A DNA stretch of 64,000 nucleotides from an uncultured Verrucomicrobiae bacterium (GTDB taxonomy: Bacteria > Verrucomicrobiota > Verrucomicrobiia > Limisphaerales > Palsa-1400): assembly GCA_963764165.1 (NCBI GenBank), contig CAVXRD010000002.1, forward strand, positions 160,001 through 224,000, written 5' to 3'. Both the position numbers and the translations under genes were made by a program. Below the pieces are notes generated by a model. That model saw only the letters and a program-made list of their open reading frames with translations, was not told where the DNA came from and did no database searches. Shown here piece by piece: positions 41,202-50,215 of this stretch; the first letter of the stretch is position 1; every line of letters starts with the position of its first letter.

Positions 41202-41325
41202 CGTTTAACTGCCATAGCTTTGCCCGGCGCCCCCGAAAAAACGGGCGCGCGGTAATTCTTGGCCGGGACGACTCGGCGAGGCCTCCCTGCCATCTATATG
41301 GCAATGCGCTGGGGAGTCGTGTATC

Positions 41326-43842
41326 GTGATTAAAGTGGATCCAATCCTGACCCAGCCAATCGCGGACGCTTCCCTGCCCTCGCGGCATCCAAGCGCGGAT
41401 GCTCATTTGCCGCGCCCGGAGCTGCTCGCGCCGGCCGGCGATTGGGAGTGCGCCCGGGCTGCGGTCGAAAATGGCGCGGATGCCATTTATTTCGGCTTGG
41501 ATCGTTTCAACGCGCGAATGCGGGCGGATAATTTCACTTCGGCGGATTTGCCAAAGTTGATGGAGTTCCTCCACAGTCGAGGCGTGAGGGGCTACGTCAC
41601 TTTCAACACGCTCGTCTTCGCGGATGAAATGGCGGCGGCGGAGGAATATCTTCGCACGCTCATCGCCGCCGGAGTGGATGCGGCGATTGTGCAGGACATC
41701 GGCGTTTGCCGGCTGATCCGCCAGCTCTCGCCGGATTTTCCGATTCACGCCTCCACGCAAATGACGATCACCAGCGCGGCGGGTGTCGAATTCGCGCGCG
41801 ATCTGGGCTGCTCGCTGGTGGTGCTGGCGCGCGAATGCTCTATGAAAGAGATCGGCAGGATTTCCGCCGCCGTCGAATTGCCATTGGAGGTTTTTGTGCA
41901 TGGCGCGCTTTGCGTGGCGTATTCCGGCCAATGCTTGACAAGCGAATCGCTGGGTGGGCGCTCGGCCAACCGGGGCGAATGCGCGCAGGCGTGCCGGATG
42001 CCTTACGAATTGATCAGCGACGGCCAGACGGTTCCTCTCGGCGACAAGCGGTATCTGCTCAGCCCCCAGGATTTGGCCGGATTGGATGTGCTGCCGGAAT
42101 TAGTGCGCTCGGGCGTGGCGTCCCTTAAGATTGAAGGGCGCCTGAAATCGCCCGAGTACGTTGCCAACATCACGCAAGTTTATCGCGATGCGCTTGACAA
42201 GGCATTTTCCAAACCGACGCCGGAGACACGCTACAAATTAGAGATGGCGTTTTCGCGCGGGCTTTATACGGGATGGTTCGGCGGCATCAACAACCAGGCA
42301 TTGGTGCATGCGCGTTTCGGAAAGAAGCGCGGCGTCTACTTGGGCGAAGTGGAGAGCGTGCGCTCCGGCAGCGTGCTCGTGAAGCTCGAAGCGCCGCTCA
42401 AGGCGGGTGATGGAATTGTATTTGACGCCGGACACCCGGACCAGGACGAGGAAGGCGGCCGCGTGACACATCCGAGCCATGCCGGGCCGGGCAATACGGC
42501 GGAAATCCGGCTGTTCGGCGAAGTGGATTTTTCGCGCGTCCATGCGGGCGACAAAATTTGGAAGACGAGCGATCCCGTGCTTGATCGGGAATTGCGCCAA
42601 AGTTTTTCGCAGGCCGCGCCGCAGTTTCAACGGCCCATCGATTTGGAAGTGCGCGGCCGCGCCGGAGAATTCATGACGGTAATCGCGCGTGACGAACAAC
42701 AATCCGTGGAGGCAAAATCGAATTTGCCGCTCGAGGCGGCGCAGAAACAGCCGATGACCACCGAGCGTTTGCGCGAGCACCTGGGCCGGCTCGGCGGGAC
42801 ACCCTTCCGCCTCGGCGCGCTGGAGAATAAGCTCCAAGGCGCGGTGATCTTGCCGATGAGCGAATTGAACCGGATTCGCCGCGACCTGGTCAGCCAAGTC
42901 GAGGCATTGCGCAAGGCGCCCAAGCGATGGACGCTTTCGGCGGCGCCCGCAGTCGTGAGTTTTTCCGGGCCGGAGAAGCCGCATGGCGAGCCGCGTCTCG
43001 CGGTCTTGGCGCGCTCGATGGAGCAATTGGAGGCCGCGCTCAAATTCGACTTGGCTACAGTTTATTGCGAATTTGAGGACCCAAAAAAATACCGCGACGC
43101 GGTGGGCCGTTTTCGCGAGGCGCAAAAGACGGGCGCGGCGCCGGCGGAAATTTTCATCGCGCCCCCGCGCATTTTCAAAACCGGCGAGGAGTGGATTCAA
43201 AGGCAGGTGCGCTCGTGCGATGCGGATGGCTGGCTTGTCCGAAATTACGACGATTTGATATTCTTCGCGGGCGCGCGCTGTGTCGGGGATTTTTCATTGA
43301 ACGTGGCCAATGCGCTGGCCGCCGATCATTTCAAGAACCACGCAAGCCTCGAGCGAGTGACGCCCTCCTACGACTTGAACGTTTTGCAATTGGAAGCGCT
43401 CTTGAAATCCGCCCCGCCGGAGTGGTTCGAGATCACGCTGCACCAGCACATGCCGATGTTTCACATGGAGCATTGCGTGTTCTGCGCGTTTCTTTCGCGT
43501 GGCACTGATTACACGAATTGCGGCCGACCGTGTGACAAGCATACAGTGCTGCTGCGCGATCGCGTCGGGATGGAGCATCCGTTGAAGGCGGATGCGGGGT
43601 GCCGGAACACGCTCTTCAATGCGCAGGCGCAGAGCGGAGCGGAGTACGCGCGGCGCCTGATGGATTTGGGGGCGCGCCGTTTTCGAATCGAGTTCGTCAG
43701 CGAGAGCGCGGCGGAAACCACGCGCGCCATCGAGAAATACCAGTCGCTGCTGCGCGGTGAAATCAGCGGAGCGGAACTGTGGCGCGAATTGAAAGCGCAT
43801 CATCGCCTCGGCGTGACGCGCGGGCCGATGGAGTCGTGGTGA
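41326..43842 (+). CDS. U32 family protein with DUF3656-like domain (RlhA-like rRNA hydroxylase)
   Basis: PELLAPAG, IHASTQM, HGALCVAYSGQC, NRGECAQACR, LKIEGR; long form. Confidence 0.87.
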   Translation: MIKVDPILTQPIADASLPSRHPSADAHLPRPELLAPAGDWECARAAVENGADAIYFGLDRFNARMRADNFTSADLPKLMEFLHSRGVRGYVTFNTLVFADEMAAAEEYLRTLIAAGVDAAIVQDIGVCRLIRQLSPDFPIHASTQMTITSAAGVEFARDLGCSLVVLARECSMKEIGRISAAVELPLEVFVHGALCVAYSGQCLTSESLGGRSANRGECAQACRMPYELISDGQTVPLGDKRYLLSPQDLAGLDVLPELVRSGVASLKIEGRLKSPEYVANITQVYRDALDKAFSKPTPETRYKLEMAFSRGLYTGWFGGINNQALVHARFGKKRGVYLGEVESVRSGSVLVKLEAPLKAGDGIVFDAGHPDQDEEGGRVTHPSHAGPGNTAEIRLFGEVDFSRVHAGDKIWKTSDPVLDRELRQSFSQAAPQFQRPIDLEVRGRAGEFMTVIARDEQQSVEAKSNLPLEAAQKQPMTTERLREHLGRLGGTPFRLGALENKLQGAVILPMSELNRIRRDLVSQVEALRKAPKRWTLSAAPAVVSFSGPEKPHGEPRLAVLARSMEQLEAALKFDLATVYCEFEDPKKYRDAVGRFREAQKTGAAPAEIFIAPPRIFKTGEEWIQRQVRSCDADGWLVRNYDDLIFFAGARCVGDFSLNVANALAADHFKNHASLERVTPSYDLNVLQLEALLKSAPPEWFEITLHQHMPMFHMEHCVFCAFLSRGTDYTNCGRPCDKHTVLLRDRVGMEHPLKADAGCRNTLFNAQAQSGAEYARRLMDLGARRFRIEFVSESAAETTRAIEKYQSLLRGEISGAELWRELKAHHRLGVTRGPMESW

Positions 43843-43851
43843 AACAACGAA

Positions 43852-44592
43852 TTAACGGCCTTCGACATCAAGCAGCTTTGTCCGCTTCTTGATCGTGCGC
43901 AAGGTGGCAAAGATGGCAAAGCCCGCCAGAAAAATAACAAACCAGCTGGAGCTCACATGAAAATGGCGCTCAGCAAACGAATCGCCAACAACGTCAAATA
44001 CAAAAAACGTTCCCAGGATGAGAATAAACGCGTTGTATTCCCGCTGCAAAACGATGCGCCAGCTAAAACTGAAAGCTGAAGGCTGGTAGTGGCGGAAATT
44101 CGGTATGATGGACGGGGTCCGGGCGGCCCAAATCTCAAATTTCTCTCTGAAACGCTCCCGCAAGAACGCCTCCTCCGCAAGCATGATGCGCTCGTAATAA
44201 AGCGCATACAGGCAGGTCGTCAGCGCCGCCAGCCACCAGACATGCGGCCAGAGCGCCATGCCGAAGAACACGAGATAATTCCCCAAATAAAGCGGATGGC
44301 GGACAACAGAATATATTCCGGTCGTGTTCAAGGTATTGGCGACTTGCTCGCGGGTGTTGCGGCCAGAAGTTCCAATCGGAGCGCGTCCTATCGTCATGAT
44401 TCGAATCGCCAGGCCGGAGAAGGAAATCAACAGGCAAAAAATTTGCCACCACTCGTTCATTTGGTGGCTGGCGCCCAGATACGTGAACGTCGGCAAATAG
44501 GCAAGGAACACAGGAATCGCTATTATGGGAAGATAGCTCCTGTGCCGAAACAGCCACGAACCGTTCTGTTCCAACTGGTTGCGGAGTGTCAT
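43852..44592 (-). CDS. Membrane SAM-dependent methyltransferase (ICMT/PEMT-like; resembles lipid A phosphate methyltransferase LmtA)
   Basis: WLFRHRSYLP, GTSGRNT..Q.A, TGIYSVVRHPLYLGN, YERIMLAEE.FL. Confidence 0.8.
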   Translation of the reverse strand: MTLRNQLEQNGSWLFRHRSYLPIIAIPVFLAYLPTFTYLGASHQMNEWWQIFCLLISFSGLAIRIMTIGRAPIGTSGRNTREQVANTLNTTGIYSVVRHPLYLGNYLVFFGMALWPHVWWLAALTTCLYALYYERIMLAEEAFLRERFREKFEIWAARTPSIIPNFRHYQPSAFSFSWRIVLQREYNAFILILGTFFVFDVVGDSFAERHFHVSSSWFVIFLAGFAIFATLRTIKKRTKLLDVEGR

Positions 44593-44739
44593 TGCTCGAA
44601 CATAAATGAAGCTATCCGGTTTGAGGCGTTCCGTCGATATGAAAATTCTCGAAAAAAGATTGAACGAATTCGCCCATGCCGGAAGGAGAGACCGTAACGG
44701 GATGAATAGGCCGGCGACTTGGGCTCCCGCCCAAAGTGG

Positions 44740-45420
44740 CTACGCCGCGTGCGGAACGGCGACGCGATGCGACGGAATGGAGAGGACCACCGCGAACAAG
44801 CCGCTGGTCCCGACCGGCGTTGCGTCGACAGTTCCGCTCAGGCAAAACAGGCGGTCATGGACGAGCAGCTCGTCCAATTTCCGCGGCGCGGCCATCGCAA
44901 GTGTCGATGCCTTCTCGACCGTGGCGATGCGGAAGCGGACGAACTCGTCGGCTTCCTCGAGAGTGATGGTGGCTTCCTTGACGCCGTGCGGCGCAAACAG
45001 TTCGTTCACAATATCGCGGCAGACGGAGAAAATTTCGTTTGCCGCCGTCTGCGGAATTGTCACGGGCTGGGCGGGCAGTTGAACATGGCATTGGACGGTT
45101 TCACACGCGGCGCAGGCGAACCAGTTCAGCGCGTCTCCGATGCCCGTGTCGTCGGTCACGCGCGGCTGGAGCTCGTTCATGACGTGGCGCAGGTTCTGGC
45201 CGAGTTCGAGCACGAGAGAAGACCATCTGCCGCAGATAGCCGCCCAATTGGCCGGCGGATTGGAATCCATTTGCGCCATGGAAAGTTGGAGAGAAAGCAG
45301 AGTGAGCTGCTGGCTCATCTCGTCATGAAGGCGGCGAGCCAGCCGTTTCTGCTGCTGCTGGTGGAGCGACTGTTGACGAGCCAGAAGCTCCCGGCATTGG
45401 CCTGGGGTAGTAGTTGGCAT
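44740..45420 (-). CDS. HisKA_3-like protein with degenerate ATPase domain
   Basis: LARRLHDEMSQ H-box and ELQPRV.DD.G; no recognisable N/G1/G2 boxes. Confidence 0.65.
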   Translation of the reverse strand: MPTTTPGQCRELLARQQSLHQQQQKRLARRLHDEMSQQLTLLSLQLSMAQMDSNPPANWAAICGRWSSLVLELGQNLRHVMNELQPRVTDDTGIGDALNWFACAACETVQCHVQLPAQPVTIPQTAANEIFSVCRDIVNELFAPHGVKEATITLEEADEFVRFRIATVEKASTLAMAAPRKLDELLVHDRLFCLSGTVDATPVGTSGLFAVVLSIPSHRVAVPHAA

Positions 45421-45562
45421 TTTCTCGGGCGCGTTAGCAGCAGCCGTAGTGCCAATGGCGCAAACCCCTTAACGCGGGCGCGCCCGCACGGCGAATTTGT
45501 AAGTGAAAGTGTCCAACTTCTATCGTGTTCCAGAATTGGGTGTCACAGAACTGGACGAAAGA

Positions 45563-45844
45563 TCACGCGGCCTTCGCCACAGCGGCCTTCCGGATCAACC
45601 GGGCGCCGTTGGTGCGCAGATACGCTTGGACCGCGGTAATGCCTCCCAAGCTGATCGGGACGCGCTTTTGATTTTGGAACAGCCGGTAATGAGCGAGCGT
45701 TTTGCCCACTTCCATGATCTCGATATGCCTGTCGGCCATCTTCCAAAGCTGGCCTTTGGCCAGAGGGACAATTGTCTCCTTGGTGGTTTTGGCTTTCTTA
45801 GGAGCCGCAGTCGAACGTTTTACCATTGTAAGGTCCATTTTCAT
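45563..45844 (-). CDS. Small basic hypothetical protein
   Basis: K-rich N-terminus then LAKGQLWKM...IEIMEVGKTLAHY; start uncertain. Confidence 0.5.
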   Translation of the reverse strand: MKMDLTMVKRSTAAPKKAKTTKETIVPLAKGQLWKMADRHIEIMEVGKTLAHYRLFQNQKRVPISLGGITAVQAYLRTNGARLIRKAAVAKAA

Positions 45845-45991
45845 ACTCGTATCGCCGGACATTCGGAACGTGAGAATCCCAAAAAGGATTCCGTTGCGCC
45901 AGTGCTCCTCATCGAGCAACGACGTCTTCTTAAACACAATGAAAACTCATCCCGATTCGCTTGTGTCTGACGAAGGGGAAAATTGAGCGGT

Positions 45992-47161
45992 CTACGGATC
46001 GTTTGGCCGCTTGGGCATGACCAGCACACTAGGCCGTTCCGGAACTCCGTAGCGGGAGGCCCGGCTCTCGGTGGGCTTGGTAAAAAAGCTGCGGCTGGCC
46101 CAATGCTGGGGCTTCGAGGGATCCTGCGGGGCCGCAAAGCCGGGAATCGCACTGTTCTGGCCGCCCTCACGGGACGAATGCCACTCATTCGGTGTGTTAA
46201 ACGTCCCGCTGCCGATGGATCTGGTCAGGGAGTCACCTGCCGGCTCCGACCCATTGCCCAAACCGGCCGCCGCTGTTGGCTTGTAACGATCCGCAAATGC
46301 GCTTGCCGGCTCTGGATCGGCTTGCTCAGATGAATCCGACTTGGAAAATGCAAAGTGCGGGGCCGCTCCGGGTTCATGGTTGAAAATCTTGTTCCAGAAT
46401 GATCCGTCCCCCTGATTGGCTCCATCGCGGTTGAATCGACTCGGTTCCCGGGATTGCGATCCGTCCCGTTGGTTGTCCGCACTCGATCGTGAAGAAAGGG
46501 CATCAAATCCTTGTGCCGAACCGTAGATCGGATTATCAAAATGGTGGAACATTCCAGCGTCGTCCTGCGGCTGCCGCCCCCATACCCGGTCAACAGAATT
46601 CTTGAGAGCCGAAGTGTTGTTGGTGGGCTGAGAGGAGGATGCAGAAAGCAGGCCATTCGGATACTGTCCGTAGTCCCGCGAAAACGGATCATTTTGGTCG
46701 AATGAAGAATTTTCACCAGGTGTGTTCAAGTTCCATTCGTCACGCCGCGGCTTGCGGGTGATGATAATGCCACCAGACGAGGGAATCATGGCAGACTCAT
46801 CGATCAGGCCGCCTACTGCATCATGCGAAGGGGAAAATTTGTCACTGTCAGTGTCCTTCATTTGCACGACGGCGCGAGGCACGCCCAAGGGCACCGTGGA
46901 GGATGAGAATTCAATGGGATCCGCAGCGCAAAGATCCGGCTGTAGCAGGGCAAACGCCATGCTCCCTGCCATAAGAGCGATGCTGGCCGCCGAGTTGAAA
47001 CAACGAAACTCCATAACCACGAGACTTACTTTGTAGGCCAAAAGGCCATTAAAGTCAACTCTCCGTATCATGTTTTTGTTTCCCAGTTGTTCGAGGCCGT
47101 TTTTCCCGCCGCGAAAGCTTAACGGAGCAGCGCCGTGAATCCGCAGGATGTGGAGCGGCAT
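45992..47161 (-). CDS. Hypothetical, probably secreted low-complexity protein (true start likely ~47014-46980)
   Basis: Long ORF with internal signal-like segment and S/P/D/N-rich body. Confidence 0.55.
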   Translation of the reverse strand: MPLHILRIHGAAPLSFRGGKNGLEQLGNKNMIRRVDFNGLLAYKVSLVVMEFRCFNSAASIALMAGSMAFALLQPDLCAADPIEFSSSTVPLGVPRAVVQMKDTDSDKFSPSHDAVGGLIDESAMIPSSGGIIITRKPRRDEWNLNTPGENSSFDQNDPFSRDYGQYPNGLLSASSSQPTNNTSALKNSVDRVWGRQPQDDAGMFHHFDNPIYGSAQGFDALSSRSSADNQRDGSQSREPSRFNRDGANQGDGSFWNKIFNHEPGAAPHFAFSKSDSSEQADPEPASAFADRYKPTAAAGLGNGSEPAGDSLTRSIGSGTFNTPNEWHSSREGGQNSAIPGFAAPQDPSKPQHWASRSFFTKPTESRASRYGVPERPSVLVMPKRPNDP

Positions 47162-47311
47162 CCCGGCATGGGGCGGGCGCGGCTGCTACTCTGCCGATAA
47201 CCAGCCGCAATGAAGACACCCCAATTTTTGCGCCTCGTTAACAAATCGACTCTGCCTCGCCGTGGCTGGGCGCTTGAAAAAATTTGCCGCCTCGTTGAAT
47301 AATGCTCGTCC

Positions 47312-49471
47312 ATGGGCGAAATTCTTGATAGCAGGCAGTTGAAAGCCTTTTCCGTTCTTGCCACCACCGAGAGCTTTAAAGACACCGCGAAACTGCTTTC
47401 ATTAACTCCGTCGGCGATCAGCCACTCCATCAGCGCGCTGGAGGAGCAAGTGGGCTGCCGCCTGTTTGTAAAAATGGGCAAGAAAACCGTGCTGACCGAA
47501 GCTGGTGAAGCGCTGTTCCATCACTCCAATCGCGCCCTTGGCGAGCTGGATCAAGCCATCCGGACGCTCAGTTATTTTAACAAATGGGGGACGCGCCGGC
47601 TGCGATTGGCCGCGGAAGCGGCATTTCTTTCAGTTTTCCTTCCGCCGGTCTTGTTGAGGTTCCACAAGGAGTCTCCGCATATTTTGCTTCAGGTCGAATC
47701 TCATGACCCTGGCGAGCCATTCGATCGCCTGGGAAAAAACCAGGTTGACCTTATCTTGACCGAAAAGCCGGCGGGAACTGATGCGGTGGATTTCTATCCC
47801 CTGATAACGGATCGCTACCAATTGATCGCCAAGCCCGGGCATCCGCTCGCGGCTAAAAGCGGCCCGCTTCGGGATGAATTTGGCGAATATCCGTGCTTCC
47901 TGATCAAGAACTCCAGCCAGCATCGGAAGCAGGTGGAAGATTTTTTGTCCTACCACAAAGTCAACCTCAGCATCCTGGGGGAGATTGAAAATCTGGAGAT
48001 TGTCAAAGAAATGGTCAAGAACACGCTGGCCTTGAGTTTCCTGCCGGGCTGGAGCGTCAAATGGGAATTGGAGAATCAATCTCTCGTTTCTCTGCCGCAT
48101 GGCCGCGGTGTTTTCGAGCGGACATGGGGATTGGTGCATTCACGAAATCGCCCCCTTAACATGACAGAATCAACCCTGCTGAAACTGTGCAGGCGGCGGG
48201 CCGCGGAATCGGAATGGAAGCCCCAAAACACAGTCACGGTGGGCGTGCTTCACTCGTTAAGCGGAACGATGGCCATCAGCGAAACGTCCCTGCGCGATGT
48301 TTTGTTGTTTGCGTTCCATGAAATTAACAAGGCCGGTGGCATCAAAGTCGGCAACAAGGCGTATGCCATCGAACCGGTGGTCGTGGATGGCGCGTCCAAC
48401 TGGTCATTATTTGCGGAAAAGGCCAGGGAACTCCTGGTGGAAGACAAGGTGGCTGTCACCTTTGGCTGCTGGACCTCTGCCAGCCGCAAGTCCGTGCAGC
48501 CTGTTTTCGAGAAGCACAACGGATTGCTGTTCTATCCCGTGCAATATGAGGGCGAGGAAATGTCCAAGAACATCTTCTATGTCGCCGAGACATTCAACCA
48601 GCAAGCCATGCCGGCCGTCGATTATCTGCTCGCCAGGGGCACAAGGAAATTTTACCTGATCGGCACTGATTACATTTATCCGCAAACCACGAATTTGATT
48701 CTGTACAAATACCTTCTCTTGCACGGCATTCCGCCCGAAAGCATTGGCGGCGGCGTCCGCAAGGCTCCATCCGGCAACGTCATTTCCGCGGGAAAATACA
48801 TTCCTTTCGGCCACACGGATTTTGAGGATATTGCCGCGGAAATAAAGGCGTTCGCGGCTTCCGGCGAGGCGTGCGTGATCAACACGATCAACGGCGATTC
48901 CAACGTGTCCTTCTTCAAGAAAATCGCGGCGGAAGGATTGAGGCCATCGCACTGCACGGTGGTTTCGTTCAGCCTGGCGGAAGATGAACTCCGCAGCATG
49001 CCGACCAAGAATCTTGTCGGTGAGATCGGCTGCTGGAGTTATTTCATGTCGCTCAAAACACCCGCCAACAAAGCCTTCCTCAAAAACTGGTACAACTGGC
49101 TGAAAAACGAAAGCTATCCAGGTGTCGTCAGGGAAAAGCGCGCGGTGGACAGCCCGATCGTGCTTTCCTACAGCGGCGTTTACTTGTGGAAAATGGCCGT
49201 GGAAAAAGCCGGCACGTTTGATGTGGACACTGTGCGCAACGTGCTGGAATCAGGTGAAATCAGCTTCGAGGGCCCCGGCGGCAAAATCACCGTGCAAGCC
49301 AATCATCATTGCACCAAGAATGTTTACATTGGTGAAACGACCGCCAACGGCCAATTCAGGATTCGGGAAACCTTGCCGCAGGTTTTTGGCGAGCCCTTCG
49401 TCGCGGAAAAATTCCTCCTTGAACACTTGGATCAAAAGCTGTCCGCCGACAATGGCCACCCGATTGAATAG
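47312..49471 (+). CDS. LysR-type regulator fused to UrtA/AmiC-like urea/amide-binding domain
   Basis: LysR HTH (LKAF..LA...[18 protein letters not shown]) in the first ~300 aa, then [38 protein letters not shown]. Confidence 0.88.
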   Translation: MGEILDSRQLKAFSVLATTESFKDTAKLLSLTPSAISHSISALEEQVGCRLFVKMGKKTVLTEAGEALFHHSNRALGELDQAIRTLSYFNKWGTRRLRLAAEAAFLSVFLPPVLLRFHKESPHILLQVESHDPGEPFDRLGKNQVDLILTEKPAGTDAVDFYPLITDRYQLIAKPGHPLAAKSGPLRDEFGEYPCFLIKNSSQHRKQVEDFLSYHKVNLSILGEIENLEIVKEMVKNTLALSFLPGWSVKWELENQSLVSLPHGRGVFERTWGLVHSRNRPLNMTESTLLKLCRRRAAESEWKPQNTVTVGVLHSLSGTMAISETSLRDVLLFAFHEINKAGGIKVGNKAYAIEPVVVDGASNWSLFAEKARELLVEDKVAVTFGCWTSASRKSVQPVFEKHNGLLFYPVQYEGEEMSKNIFYVAETFNQQAMPAVDYLLARGTRKFYLIGTDYIYPQTTNLILYKYLLLHGIPPESIGGGVRKAPSGNVISAGKYIPFGHTDFEDIAAEIKAFAASGEACVINTINGDSNVSFFKKIAAEGLRPSHCTVVSFSLAEDELRSMPTKNLVGEIGCWSYFMSLKTPANKAFLKNWYNWLKNESYPGVVREKRAVDSPIVLSYSGVYLWKMAVEKAGTFDVDTVRNVLESGEISFEGPGGKITVQANHHCTKNVYIGETTANGQFRIRETLPQVFGEPFVAEKFLLEHLDQKLSADNGHPIE

Positions 49472-49504
49472 TTGACTGATCCTTGGTGAATGCAGGACAC
49501 GCAT

Positions 49505-50200
49505 TCATTCGAGGAAAAAATCGACGGTCGTCACGACGCGCAGCCGCTTCCATTCGGGAGAGGCGGCATCGCGATTCTCGATCTCGAACTCGCCTTGCGC
49601 GGCGTGGCGGATTCGGCCAACCGTCGCATGAGAATCCAGCGCGAATTTCTCGGCCGCCGCCCGGGCGTTTGCGGTGGCGTCTTTGATCATGCCCGGCTTC
49701 ACTTCGTTCAGCGCGTTGAAAATGAATTCGACTCTTTCCTGGCCTTCCTCCAACGTCACGCCCTTGGATAGCATGCCGTCAGCTTCCTGGATCGCTTTCT
49801 TGACAGTATCCACATTCGAACTGCGAACCACCAGCGTCACCGTTCCGCGATAGCGGACGAGGTTTGACTTCCTGGTGCGCTCGTCGATTCTATCGTTGAC
49901 AGTTGGAAGGCCGAAGGTGATTTCCTTGCTGTCGAACCCGTGCTCCTTGAGGAAGTCCAAGACGATTTGGCGGCTCGATTCCATGTTCTCTTTCAATTGG
50001 CCAAGATCCTCCGCGGAGACCGAAAAATGGATGGGCCAGATGGCGAGATTGGCCTTCTCCTCCTTTTCGGACAAGCCTTTGACGGAAAGGTAACGATCAA
50101 ATTCCCGCCCCAGCTTGACCGCCCGCCCCACTTGCACGCCGAATACAGCAAGTCCCAATGCCAGGCAAAGGCCCAGCGCCAAAAATGGGCGAGTGGTCAT
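49505..50200 (-). CDS. SIMPL domain (DUF541) protein
   Basis: VKGLSEK, ANLAIWPI, ATANARAAAEKFA.D, RVVTTVDFFL. Confidence 0.85.
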   Translation of the reverse strand: MTTRPFLALGLCLALGLAVFGVQVGRAVKLGREFDRYLSVKGLSEKEEKANLAIWPIHFSVSAEDLGQLKENMESSRQIVLDFLKEHGFDSKEITFGLPTVNDRIDERTRKSNLVRYRGTVTLVVRSSNVDTVKKAIQEADGMLSKGVTLEEGQERVEFIFNALNEVKPGMIKDATANARAAAEKFALDSHATVGRIRHAAQGEFEIENRDAASPEWKRLRVVTTVDFFLE

Positions 50201-50215
50201 GCATCCTCCTCCGCT

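Noticed and set aside
41288..41303. TGCCATCTATATGGCA palindrome as another NrdR box
   Set aside because: Core is 2 bp longer than the nrdJ/smc boxes and has no tandem partner; it may bind another regulator but is unsupported.
47193..47200. GCCGATAA as a sigma-28 -10 element (also GCCGATAG at 23674)
   Set aside because: No TAAA -35 element at 15-16 bp spacing.
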